48,644 nt of DNA, taken from Catajapyx aquilonaris. Its lineage: Eukaryota. The stretch is from the NCBI GenBank assembly GCA_000934665.2, contig KZ538771.1, forward strand, positions 1 to 48,644, in the 5' to 3' direction. The notes beneath the pieces were generated by a model. The model had not been told where the DNA came from, did no database searches, and saw only the letters and a program-made list of their open reading frames with translations. Both the position numbers and the translations under genes were made by a program. Positions 1 to 12,753 of the stretch are shown here, one piece after another (the first letter of the stretch is position 1; every line of letters begins with the position of its first letter).

Positions 1-3000
1 AGGAGTACATAAAAGCGATATCTGCCTAATTCTTCCCAGCCCCAAAGCACGAATGTTTTGAAGTAAATATGATTATCACACATCCCCATGACACGAAGCA
101 ACCCCCACCTATGGACTTGTTTCTTACTTTTAATCTCGCACCCAGAGGAAGAATAGTTTTCTGCAGTTTTACTGCCTATTTTTTATTTCCTAGCTTACAC
201 CGCGTGCTTCGGAAGACGTACTATTTCTCCGGTAAATTTAAAAATATATATTACGGTATGGTATTTAGGAAATTAGCACATCATGAATCACCTGATCGAG
301 CCTTACCAATATCCACAACAATACCGGCAGTAGTCATGCTCAAAGGCCAAGACGAATGGTATAACGGACAACAAAACTCTACAGTATATCAAGACGATTA
401 CGGAGGCGGCATTCCACAGGTGGTAATCACGAGTCAATACACCGACCTGCGCTGTGATATCCTCAGTCTTGTTTACACACACCGCACCGACAGATTCGAG
501 GAGCCCACGCCGATCTTTTCAAGGTTCTCTTCCTCTTATAACTGTCACACAAACCCTCGATGATACGGACCGAACGTCATAACTTACATTGGTGCTCACG
601 TGCACTCAGTATGTGGGATCACAGGATGGGCAGCGTGGGGGTCATGTGACTGCTCCTCCCACTGCTCCATTATAACATCCTTCACATATATACGCCGCAC
701 TTGCATTGACATAACTGCTGCATGCTCTGTTTAGGGTTGTAGCGGATACTATATCAAACTGACCATTGCCGTGTAAACGTACATTGTCAGTCCGTAAATC
801 TTCCACCCCCTCCCATGTTAGTCGCTGTAACACGCGCAAGACCCCCCTTACAAAATATTAACATCATATAATGACCCTCACCCCTCCCGAAAAAAGGCAC
901 GTGTTGTACTGTACTCTCCGCCAGTCCAATATTCAATATCCCGCCGAGAGTGAGTCACATTTGTCATAATTCACGAACTGACTCACTATACACAATACAC
1001 GCTACTATTTTGCGTGTGATTTTGCCCAAGCATATGTCAACATTTAAAATAGACGTCGCACATCTGTTCCCTAGATAAAAATAGTTCGTAGGTTGCACTC
1101 ACCGAGTTTGCACAAAATTGAACGCAAAACCAAAATCGGGGTGCTTTCACTGAGTGGACCTACTTTTTTTTTTGTTAGACTAGAAGTAATGCCGTCGGAA
1201 TATTGGGGATTTCGTCGGAGGCCGTGGCACAGTTTACTATTCGCAAACGAAAAAAAAACAACTGCATTGTTCTGCATAACCGCTGTTGCTCAAAACATCC
1301 GACAAAACGTCGTTCAGGTCACTGTAATGTCATACTCATCAGACTAACGGGACCGCGGACTGTTAGCCATTATACTGAAATTAACCGTGCGACTCTATAA
1401 TTAAAAATCCAACCCAACTACAACCTGACAACGACCTGGTAAAAGATATCTTATTTCCAAAAACTACTAACGAACCTGTACCGCAAACATGCTGGTCCTC
1501 TCAATTACACCTCATCTGGTTCAACCAGAATAATAATGAAGATCGCCAAGGAAACAATTCCCATACATACCATACGAGTCCATGAATGCAAAATATGCGG
1601 CACATTTAGCTTACTACCAGACTCGTACCGCAAGACTGCACCTCGTATGCAAATTGCACTTCCGACAACCACGCGATACATCAAACTACCGTATAAATGA
1701 ATATGGTGAAAGTCCGGTGGGGGGTGAAAAAGGGCTTGGGGGAGAGAGGGGCTGGGAGCGGTGGCAGAGATGATGTCATGCCCACGGGCCGAACAGATTG
1801 GGCCAGGTTGGGAAATTACAAGTTTCACTTCTGTCTGCAGTCAAAAAGTGTGAACTCTAAATAATCGCAATCCTAAACGCTTTCACCGCCTATTTCTGCA
1901 TATCGTGCCCAAATTCGGACCACATCCTTCATTTCTATATAGTTAATGTGCATGCTCTTGGGAAGATCAGTACTGTAATAGTAAACAACTCATAAGGAGT
2001 CGCGCTAAGGAACTACGCAGTTTCGAGCGAATTATTGCAATTAATTGCTTGCAAAACGGATGCCCGGCATTCAGTCAACATGTATTGTACGCTCAGCGAC
2101 GCAGGTTAAGGGTTTCAAAAGTAATGTATTTGAAGCGTAACCAAGGCTTCTCAATATTATGCTTCGGTACGGCTGATTCCTACTCACGATCATGCAAGCA
2201 TGTGCTAAAAGGCCCTTGGTGAGCACACTCATCTGGAAAATTCCTCCTCCAATGACAAAATTAGTTCAGGGGTACTGTACGGAGTCACAGAAGGTGGTGG
2301 AGTTCTCCATAGAAAGACTTCCTTTTTCGCAAGTCAACGACTTCACTGCATATACAGTGCAGAGAATTCTGCGTAGCATCTCGATTCCCTCTCCCAAGAC
2401 GGATTTTTAAGCAAACTCATCAAAATTTTTTTTTAAAAAAATTTTAAGCATGACGTCACTCGTACCAACCCCCCATCCCCATGTCAAACTGTGTCACACT
2501 GGACTCAAACCTCTCTCTCCACGCGTGCAGGAGACGGCCGCGGCCCCGCCGGGAAAGCATTATTTTGTTCCTATAGCGTCCTATTTATATAGAACGGGCA
2601 GGGAACAAAATATTTCTTGTAGTTGTGCATATTAATCAGTAATCACACACGAAGTAAGCTGAACCACTTCAGGAAAGCTTACCCTATAGTACTAGTGGGA
2701 GAATGCAGATACATCACATTTCAGTGCTTGCACCTTATTTTTGGCCTTTTAAATCACGCCTTAAAATATAATTATCATCTGTAGAAAAACCTTCAGAACA
2801 AATGGGTCCACTTGACAGCACACCTGTAATATATAAGCTTCACCCACAAGAAATGCTGTCAGAAATGATAAATATTAGCATTTAATACTTTTTTTTCAAT
2901 TTGCAGCGGACGTACGCACAATGACATAACCTGAAATTATTAATTACGTGCCCTCATTTCTTCCCTTCCTCCTGAAATCCGATTACATAAGATTCCAGGT

Positions 3001-4779
3001 CCTGACAGCATCACTTTCCTTCAATTTACAGAGGTTTTAAATATCCCTCTCAAGGCCATGCAACATGCGACACAAAGGCATGCCCAGAATATTACGGGGC
3101 TGGAGAACGATGCTTTAGTTTCCGGTGGACTTTTCCAACCTTGTCGGTCACACACGAACCAAATCAACCGATCCTATTATCTCCGTCCACTAATTAAGGC
3201 CTTCCACCGGGGTCCACAGGCTAATTCAGTGAGTTGTGCTTCCACAGAGCAAAATAACTCGTAACAATAACATCACCTTATTACACTCCCATAATTATCG
3301 CCACCCTGGTCATTAACAGCGCCTAGATGTCGTATTGTCTGAGGTTCCAAGCTGAACAGAAACATATACCGCGACCCAAACGTGAAAGAATAAACCGCCT
3401 TTAGAACTCTATTCCTCGGGTAAATAAAGTTGTTTACTACCAATGTTATCCAGAAGCTGAAGCGATATTGACTTTTAAAAATACGCAACCCCGTGAAGAA
3501 TCCTCGCAGTCTCTCGAGACCTACCGGTGTCTATATAAACAAGTGAACCAGGCGCTAGTAAAATAGCTGCTTTGCCGTGTCAAACAATTTCTGCAGTCCA
3601 GATTTAGTCCCGCTGGTGGGTTCCCCGTGGCTTGTCTCATTTGCAGCAAACGAGCCTGACGGGGAAACCTTCAAGACTCATTTCCCAATCCTCTGGCGCA
3701 ATTTGCGTTGCACCAACAATGTGCGTCACAAATCCTCGTCGGTGAATGTCGCTGCATTCAATACTCAAGAAAACAAACATTCGAAATGATTAGAAATATC
3801 ATAGTGACACCACTTCATATTTACGGACACTCGCAATCTTAATCCGCAAATTCACGACAGAGTGACGTGAGTAGTGATCTACAATATTATAAATAGTGCT
3901 ACCGACTTGATCAAGGTATATCATAATGCCTTCGAATTAATTTTTACATTTCTGTAACGTTTCTGCCAAAATATGAATTCCCCGATAACTAGCTTGGAAC
4001 CTCACTTTGATTTCTCGGACTTTCTTCAAAGAAACAATATTGCCAAATTCATCCTGGTCACCTAATCACACCCACATATTTGAGTGTTACCTACTATCCT
4101 GTCAAAAAATTGTTAGCTGTCCATCTTCTGCGGTTCGAAGATTATAAGCATCCTTTTTCTAAAGCTTGAAGGATTAGTATCGTATACAGATGCGGAGTCC
4201 CTCCCCTGGGAGCAGATTTACTTGGAATCATACTCCAGGTCAATTCATCTCACTAGGATTGTCAACTAATTATCATTTTTTAAAAGTCAGTTTTGACCAT
4301 TATCACTACCTAACAGAACAATTGATCGCGCTGAGATCAAACTTTTTAAAAAATGTCAATCACTTCCCGAAATCGTCCGGTGACCTTCCCATGCAAAAGT
4401 GACCTTCGCGTCAAATAATTCGAGTGCCAGGCAGTTACGTCAACACCCGAACTCTAGTGCACAACTACGACTGCAACTCTCGACCAAGTTCAAAGTCCAA
4501 AAATACATCACAACAGCACCAACCTCGAACTTGAGGATATGCCTCCGGTCCTTCGACCTACAGCAACGCTTCTGAGACCAAGTGACAGGACACACTCTTC
4601 TGCTCTGCGATGCTGTATACACACACAAAGACTAACCTGTCCGCACTCTGAGACGGACAGAGATGAACTAGACCCAAGTGATGTGGGAAGACACATCTAC
4701 ACCCCGGTAGCCATGGTTTCCACAGCACATCTACACACCCCCTCACCAACCCCCCTCAACACATCCCCCCCCCCCCCCC

Positions 4780-4993
4780 NNNNNNNNNNNNNNNNNNNNN
4801 NNNNNNNNNNNNNNNNNNNNNNNNNNNNNNNNNNNNNNNNNNNNNNNNNNNNNNNNNNNNNNNNNNNNNNNNNNNNNNNNNNNNNNNNNNNNNNNNNNNN
4901 NNNNNNNNNNNNNNNNNNNNNNNNNNNNNNNNNNNNNNNNNNNNNNNNNNNNNNNNNNNNNNNNNNNNNNNNNNNNNNNNNNNNNNNNNNNNN
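4780..4993. other. Assembly gap (N run) between poly-C and poly-G tracts
   Basis: N characters; could hide sequence, including an exon. Confidence 0.99.
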
Positions 4994-5285
4994 GGGGGGG
5001 GGGGGGGGATTCATTGCGTAATCTATCCAATACAGTATAGGCCTACTACACTTCTCTCTGCGACAGTTTGAAAATATGAAAATATTAAATTTAAACAAAC
5101 AAAATTAGAAATACATAAATTGCGACCCTTTGCCTCGAACAGCGTCATTTTTATTAGGCGACAGTATTGCATTGTAATAGAATAATTATTATTCTATTTA
5201 ACTGTTAATTATTTTTTTGTTGATGTTTTAATGTGCATAATTTTCTATTTAAACTGTATCATACGTACGAATGTTTAAAAAGGAA

Positions 5286-5830
5286 CAGGGTTTTTCACTA
5301 GGTAGTCCCCCCAAAGAATCAGCTATATTTTTCTTACCACTCTACCTAGAAACGTGATGTTTGGTTTAAGTTACCTTCGTTCAAGGGAATGTAGCTCCAT
5401 TCTTAATAAATGCTGGGATTGACCTTCAACAACCTCCATGTACTCGAACGCGACTCGACGCGATGCTCCTTATTATCGAAGATCCTCCGCAGCAAATCCT
5501 CATAAATGGTCCGGATTGCTGCACTGATGTTGCTTTCCAAGTCTTCTAGCCTCGAGCCTCATTGTTGTATGCACAACTCTTCAAATATTCCCGTTCGTGT
5601 CTCTTTTGACAGGTGGAAACAGGACACCCGGCGATATGCCTGCTTTCTTGTGACAAAATAGTGGTGACTTTTTCTGTCATTCCAGCAGCCAGTGCTTCAC
5701 TTTTTTGATTCCCCCCCCCCCTCTCTAAAGGAGGTCATCTGCTACTGTATTGGTCCAAAACACTCGGTGCAGAAATCCTGACTATTAATGTTGATAAGCT
5801 GTGCAGGGCCTTTGATAATAAGGAGCGTCG
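5286..5830 (-). mobile_element. Decayed Tc1/mariner-superfamily transposon, 3' part
   Basis: Frameshifted minus-strand remnants REYLKSCAYNNEAR / LEDLESNISAAIRTIYEDLLRRIFDNKEHRV / YMEVVEGQSQHLL resemble the transposase C-terminus WGYLKSKVY..P..LE.L...I...I...LL.RV..N...R...C...GGHFEHLL. TIR-like end CAGGGTTTTTCA at 5286. The 5830 boundary is approximate. Confidence 0.65.
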
Positions 5831-7648
5831 CTTGGTGTTAAAACTTTTGAATAATGCATGAATGACACATTAGAGCGGTAGTACAGTGCCTTTATACAGT
5901 ATACTTGTACAGTACATCTGAGCCCGTCAAATAAGGTGTGCTGATACAGTGAAACCTGCCTATAAAGGAACTTTGAGATAGCGGAAACTTGGCTATATTG
6001 CGGAAGATTTTTGCTCGCTTTCCACTGCTTTTAAAAATATAGTCTACCTCTCAAATTGCAAATTCAAAATTTTGGACTTTTCAGATTAGGACAATTTTAC
6101 GAGCTTTTGAATTGCTCTTAAAACCACCTATGAAAGTCTTGATACACCTTCATTGCAAATGAGTGGAGAAAGACGATTTGACGTCAGCAGTTCGATGACT
6201 TCACAAAGGGACACGTAAATAGTACAAGTACACACTGTTCATCTATTTTATAACCGAAATATGACCCGTAAAAAAAATACTACACAAATTATTACTGTAA
6301 CTATTCGACCGGGAGATTCTTCACGCGACCTTTAGCCTTGACCTTTTCGTACCACGCAAAAATAAAACTGAAATATACGTAGGCCACTCTTCAACCTCAA
6401 TCTCCAGGTATAGTACTTCAGCAGTGGACAGAAGCCTGTCAAGACAATACCGATAAAAGAGTATTCATTCAGTACCATGGAGATGACACGTTTGCAAGAT
6501 TCAAGGTTAACAACACAGCAGCATAAATGGTGCAAAAAAGGGAAAGGGTGTATTCTGTTAGTATTTACGAGTAATAATTTTAATCTACATTAGATGCCAA
6601 TTCTCTAATGTTGCTATTTCCCTACTATATTTGTGTCGTAAATCTGCTAACGCCAAACGGTGTGTTCCTCCATTATTTCCTTTGGTATGCATATGACAGA
6701 CGTTCTTATGGTATTTTAAAGGCCAATTCAAAAAATGTAAATTTTTAAAATTAAAAACAACAACATAATATTATAGGGTTGGATTTCTGAGAAGTAGAAG
6801 AAAATAAAAAAAACGAAAAGAAAACGAAGGGGAAAAAAAGAAAGAGCTAAAAATCTGTTATGTATCACTTTGCTTCTTCCAGCAGGATTTACGGGTCATT
6901 TCCGGCTCCAAAATATGTCCTGAACACGGAAATGGCCCCATGTAAGTAGGAAACCTAGGAAACTAATTTCTAGATGGCACAGCGCCACCGTGTCAAGATG
7001 AGACAGCAGTTTCGTTCATATAGACCCCTAGAGCTCATCATTTTATTTTTCCCTGCATGCCTTAGGCAGTTACAACGTGGGGGCGGCGGATTCTACTTGT
7101 ATACCGCAGTCCATATACACTATACACTAATAACTATAACACTATAAGATATATAACATCAAATTTCTCAAATGGAAATCAAAATATTACTCTGTCCTTG
7201 CGATGCATCACTTGCGATGCAGGTATATCTCAAAGCAATATTTGCGGCGCATATACCGTTGTCGTCGCCTCCTCCCTCCCCCCCCCCCCACACCATTTTT
7301 GAGTTCTTTATCAGAAAATGGAGGTGTTCTTTTATTCTCATTCTTGGGACTTGTTTACAATGAAATCCGCGTCAGTTTTCGCCGAGTGACACGTCCACAT
7401 CCTTTTGAGCTCGACACGGCTAAAAGGTATCTTCCCTATAATGTACTGTACTGGAGAAAAGAAAAGCCTGAAAACAATCTTCCTCTTTCTCCAACATTTC
7501 AATCTGCCATTATGATATACGTATGTATAACCCATAACCGGAACTCTGAAAGACGGGCGACCGGAGGCGAGCAATCTACCTTTGTTCCGAGATCTGACCT
7601 CACTTTGGCATCGGATTTCACCAACACTCGCCCAGGTTGTGAACTCAC

Positions 7649-7687
7649 CTGAGTCAAGTTTGGCATATATTGAGGCGACAGCAGCTA
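7649..7687 (-). CDS. Candidate 39-nt micro-exon of the CEP170-family gene
   Basis: aatttacAG|TA GCT GCT GTC GCC TCA ATA TAT GCC AAA CTT GAC TCA G|GTGAGT. Consensus donor, phase 1 to 1 matching exon 6, stop-free (VAAVASIYAKLDS). No homology support. Confidence 0.45.
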
Positions 7688-8348
7688 CTGTAAATTATCA
7701 TCCGTGAGATTTGCAGGTACGAAAGTGTACTCAATTCTGACACACCTGGTAGATTGTCGTTTGTGTAACTATACTATAGGCCCCTAATCTATTCTGGATT
7801 ACCTCCACACGTCGCATTCGCCTATAGGTCCCCGTGGAGATTCCTATACGCTACAACCTCTCAATATGTAAAGTAGGTTATAATCGCGTACCATTCAGGT
7901 AATAAGTGTCTTAAAGTGCAGCAAAATTTTATCATGGGAGATTCTACTGACAGCCCTCCCCAATGCTTTACGTAAGCCTCACACAAATGCGATATTCAAC
8001 ATTTCGGTAATGACGGAGCCCTTACTTATAATAATAATGTCCAGTACGCAATATTCCGTTGTAGTGTACCAGTTATGCTCCTCACAACTCCTCGAGACTG
8101 ATAATAGTGCCATCACTAACTTAGAATAAGATTTTTAAAACAACGTGACGGGTCAAATATCGTATGTGCCAAAAAAAATTAGCCTACCTTTGCAATCCCA
8201 AATAATAAGCAGAGCAGAAAGCAAGTGCGATGCGCAAAAGCGTCGGAGGGTGCATTAGAGTACCACTGAAACATAATTCCCACGCCCAGAACGCCCACAA
8301 CAATGAAATTTTTTCCTGGAAACGATTTAAAAATTCAAGTAGGTCGCC

Positions 8349-8621
8349 TATTCTCTATCCCGAAGAGTATAAGGCAGGTCACACCCACCACGCCTTATCT
8401 GATGCAGCCCACTCCTGATCACCTACCGATGTAACTGAGGGCAATAATCTCGGGAAAACGAGGGAGTTGTTAAATGTCAAAATTTTTACAGAAGGTAAAT
8501 AGGAAGCAAGCACGTCTTGCCCAGTTTCTTATCGCACTCCGTTATCACGGTGGGTGGTGATCCAGAGTGGGCTGCATTCAGATAAGACGGTGTGTTATGC
8601 CTTGGGATATACAGTAGAATA
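8349..8621. mobile_element. Degenerate MITE-like inverted repeat
   Basis: Left arm ...CCTTATCTGATGCAGCCCCACTCCTGATCACC... pairs with right arm ...GGTGATCCAGAGTGGGCTGCATTCAGATAAG...; ends TATTCT / AGAATA. Confidence 0.6.
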
Positions 8622-10470
8622 CCACATGATTGTATTGCCTACCTTGTTTTTTTCTGAAGCATTCATTTATGACCCTGGGAAGCTCAACGGCAAAGACGAT
8701 AGCATTTAAAGATTCTAAAGTATCTAAACCTTCAAAATTAGAATGTCTAAAGCTTATACTTGTATTTCATCAGGCTGCAAATGATTTTGATTGTAACACT
8801 TAACACTTTCCACTGCCCACAAGTGGCGAATTACTTCCTACGGTTGGAAACAGGCCGAGTCAAAATTGAATATAAATTAACTGAATCAATGTTAAAATGG
8901 TGCCAAAACCCACAGTAGGCTATACTCTGACTGACATAAGAATGATTTTTGCCATTAGAGAATTCCATTCACAAACAAAATGGCATAAGATTGAAATAGA
9001 AAATTATTACTCATTATGTAACCTTTAAGCTTTAACCCAAGTTATCCTGGCTTATGTTTTTAGTTGATTACCTAATGAGGAATAAACTCAGTTGCCTAGC
9101 ACATTCCAAAATCACCTTTCTTACAATACACATCATAAACAATAGAGTACCGTAATTATCAAAATATTTATTATACCGTACCTGATGTTTTCAAACATAA
9201 ATGTCCGTTGTGGTTCGCGACTTCTTGGTTCTTAAACTGTTTATTTTTACGCTGTTGCTTGTGACGAGTTACTTTCAGGGGCTATCAAAAACATGAGCTG
9301 CGAATATTATAGGCCGAATTGAAAAATCTACCCAAGCTTTGAATTGCAATGAATTTACGATTGGGAATGGCCTCTAGAACTCGTGGCATCGAGTCGCAAA
9401 TAGATTCCATTTTCACAGGTATTGGATCCTCGCACCCTAATATCAGTAGTTAATATTTTTAATACCTACTAAATGAGCTAACCCAAAGTAACTGCTTTAG
9501 AATACGCCGCTTAGTGCCAAAAATCGCCAACCAATCGGGCCATTTCAGCTTTACTATACATACCCTGGATATCATCAAAATAATAACCCAAAGGACCAAA
9601 CGAAAGGGTGGCATTCAGCAGGGTTATTCTTGTGACCAGTCGGAATTACCCTGCTGTCCTAACACTAACCTGTGACTCGAGACCTTGGCCAAAAAATAAC
9701 CCAGTGACCGCAATAAACTAAAGCCTTTCCACATTTTACTGGCACCTTCCAAATATTTCGTGTTTCCTGTTTAACGCCTCGCTCTTTTTTTGGCAAGGAC
9801 CCGACCATTACCCCACCGTCTTTTGGTGGCGAACACCGTCATAAATAACTCTCAACACATATCCTGCCAATACCAATTTTGGAATGTGACCATCGGGGTT
9901 TCCTTTCGCCAATCTAACCCTGCACGTAAACCTGCCGAGTCACCACCGGGCCTATGACCGTATTTAGGGTGACGGAGGTTCAGAAAGAAACAAGGGGAGA
10001 AGGTTTAAAATATCACACGTACAATAGGCACTTCATGGCTGGCTGCAAGTTTCATTCTGGTTCTTGACACACTCAGTTTGCTGCGAGGTCTCAAGCTAAG
10101 GACGGATGAGTTACTACCTCTCTTTACGCTCCTCCCAAAAAATCTGTCCCATTAGGAACCCATCACTTTGAAATACGCGCCAGTAGTTTCCCTGACAGCT
10201 AATTTAACAATTTTGTTTCCGACACAGCCGGGTCAGAGGTCGCCAAACCATATGGCACTAAAGCTAAAACAGTCCTGCTGGGGATTAGGAATGGTTGTCA
10301 AATGTTTTGTTTTTTGTTTTTGTCCCNCACCCCCCCCCCCCCCCCCCCCAGTCCCTCCCTACTCGAGTGCTTCCCGACACAGTTATTTTTACGGTCTGAA
10401 TGGGCCATTATATTTAAATCTGTGAAATCGAAGGATGCGCGCACACAAACACACACACACACACACATAC

Positions 10471-10590
10471 CATCTGTAATATCCACCTTCCCGTTGTCCA
10501 GACTGATCTTCTCCCACCAACACGCCGGCGTGTAGGTCGGCAACGTCTGGCTGCGCTCCAGGAACGGCGGTAGCAACGCCATACGCTCTC
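10471..10590 (-). CDS. CEP170: CEP170-family coding exon 6
   Basis: Acceptor ttgtttcacaccttgtgcAG|, 120 nt, phase 1 to 1. Encodes (G)ERMALLPPFLERSQTLPTYTPACWWEKISLDNGKVDITD; donor ATG|GTATGT. The P-x-x-W-W resembles the CEP170 GTPLYGQPSWWG motif. Confidence 0.75.
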
Positions 10591-12052
10591 CTGCACAAGG
10601 TGTGAAACAACCTCGCCATTACACTGGCCATTTCATAATAAAAACTAGCCAATATACCGTTCTTGACTGGGGAGGGATCAGACTGTTTCTAAACAGTATG
10701 ACACTGGACAATGCATGCCCTAGTATTCATGTCTCAATGTCACCAAAACGCCACATGCTATGATGATGCCTTCCAGTCAAAAATGAAGTGAATTATTTCG
10801 ATCTTGAAATAGGTCGTGGAATCACCATAACTAATCACAATATGAGAGTTAATGATACCTTGTCTGAGGACTGTTTTTTGGAGCTCCCGCGAAAAATTTT
10901 GGGAAGCACTGACATATAGGGCTTACCTAGTTGGGGGAGGTGTAATGGCACAGACAATCAGAAGGTGTGTAAACATGTCGATTGGTCCATCAAAGAATGA
11001 GATAGGCGGGTTGTGGTTGTTAGGTACGTACCATATTAAAGCCACCAGCATTGCAGAAGGACCATGTCAAAGGGGCAGGTTATGATGGGTTCAAAGCCTT
11101 CCATTAAAATCATTTGTGAATGTTGTCATAGACCGGGATCAGTCATACAAGTACCTCAGTGTACTGTATACAATAACTGCTAAGTTTAAAAAAATTCCGG
11201 AGGACTCCTGAACCTCCTCTCAAGATTGCATGCTGTATATTTTACTTTCCCACGTTTCATTTTGGTTGGGGATGGGAACCCTACCAGCCGTAATATTGAT
11301 GCCAATTTTATGCTGTCATTTATTAGAAAACATTAGTGAAAGTAAACAAGAACTGGTCCAGTATAAGTGGCTTCCTAATAATGATGTTGTTTATCACAGG
11401 TGGATAAGGTCTACTCAAATTCCACGTATCATGCGTCTAATATTTACCAAGACATTCATGTGTGGTATCGTTTGTTAAAAATATTTCCATCTAAAGTTAC
11501 GTTTTTTGCTGTGTGTCACTTAGGTATTTTTTTCGTATTTCACATATTAATTAAATCTACTAACCAACATTTGCATGTCAGTCATTTGCACAAAGGCATG
11601 CTTGACATTTTCTCTCAATTGAGTTATAAACGCTACCACCATTGCCTAGTGCAGCCCCACTCTCTGACAAAAGGTGAAACCATAATGTGTCATGAAGTCA
11701 TGCAGAGAGCATATTCAAAGCAATTCTTACAGCAATTTTAGATAACTCATCAATCTGATATTTGGCTTTCCAATACACGAGAGTAGTTTACAACCTTGCA
11801 CAAGACGACCGACATAGATGAAACTGATCAATATCATGACTTTGCAAAAGTACCATTATGTTGTACAAGGGATTCTCTCGCTAGGAAACCCTAAAATTCC
11901 TCAATAACTTTTTAGTTATTGTACTGTTTTCTATGAAAATTAACATGTACTTACCCTGTATGTTGCCTAGGCACATGTTCTGAAAAGGGTCCCTTCCAGT
12001 ATCCAAGCACTTTTGTATGCGAATCTGCATATTGGCAAGGACATACTAATAT

Positions 12053-12753
12053 AATAATAATTGATAATAATTGATTGGGTATTCGGCTAGCCCCAAAGGG
12101 GCCTTCTGCCAGACCTTTATTTTTTATTTTTTATTTTTTTACGTTACCCCGTGCTAGGGCCATGGGTCCTTATAGGGGGGTGGGATACCACCATTTTCTT
12201 CAATTTTCTATTTTTTCTTCTTCACTCCGGTGCAAGGATGAAAGGACATGGGGAAGGGATAGGGGATTTTTGGGGAGGGAACATGGGTGCAAGGTGCACG
12301 TCTGAAAACGGGTCATGTGCTGTCCCCCAGGAGGTTAGGTTGCCAGACACCTCCTTGGTGCAGGTCAGAGACCCTCCCGACGCAGGTGAAAGGAAAGTTC
12401 CCCAGGCGGGGATCGAACCTGGGGCCTTTCACACAGCAAGCCGTGACGTTACTATCACGGCCACCACACCTCCCCCGCCAGACCTTTATTTTAGATGGTG
12501 TACAATTTTTGGGAATCCTATTTTTGAAGCGCCCGGGCCCATGGGCAGGATGACAGGAGGGGATGTGCAAAGTGCAGTGAATCTGACGCTGTGGCCATTT
12601 TTAGTGAACTCCCCCGGGTGGTTTAGTCTGTAGGAAATACCACCCGAGACGAAGCCAGAGGTGACCCTGAACTCTGCATGAGATGAAGGGGGTGTCCCAG
12701 GGCTGGGATCGAACCCGGGACCTTAACATCCGCAGCGCCACTCCGTCTCCCTT
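12053..12753 (-). mobile_element. tRNA-derived SINE, family B (interrupted by a family A SINE)
   Basis: B box GGTTCGATCCC, (ATT)-rich tail and a 15-bp TSD AGGACATACTAATAT at 12038-12052 and 12754-12768. Homologous to the copies at 16.3-16.7 kb and 35.7-36.0 kb. Confidence 0.9.
12124..12476 (-). mobile_element. tRNA-derived SINE, family A (nested)
   Basis: Starts GGGGGAGGTGTGGTGGCCGTGATAG, B box GGTTCGATCCC, A-rich tail. 16-bp TSD GCCAGACCTTTATTTT at 12108-12123 and 12477-12492. Homologous to 24662-25020. Confidence 0.92.

Noticed and set aside
69..563. 164-aa plus-strand ORF
   Set aside because: No recognisable domain or splice context, and it lies antisense within the presumed CEP170 intron. 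Likely chance.
4637..4696. Minus-strand ATG...CAG|GTTAGT possible exon (MCLPTSLGSSSSLSVSECGQ)
   Set aside because: Open in phase 0, but the phase-1 frame required by upstream exons has a stop. The adjacent assembly gap prevents assessment.
8800..8830. TTAA-CACTTTCCACTGCC piggyBac-like end
   Set aside because: No matching opposite terminus found.
12410..12476. tRNA gene-like A/B boxes (also at 12.7, 16.7, 21.7 and 24.7 kb)
   Set aside because: No complete cloverleaf. Each continues into a repeated body and tail, mostly with a TSD, so these are SINE heads rather than tRNA genes.
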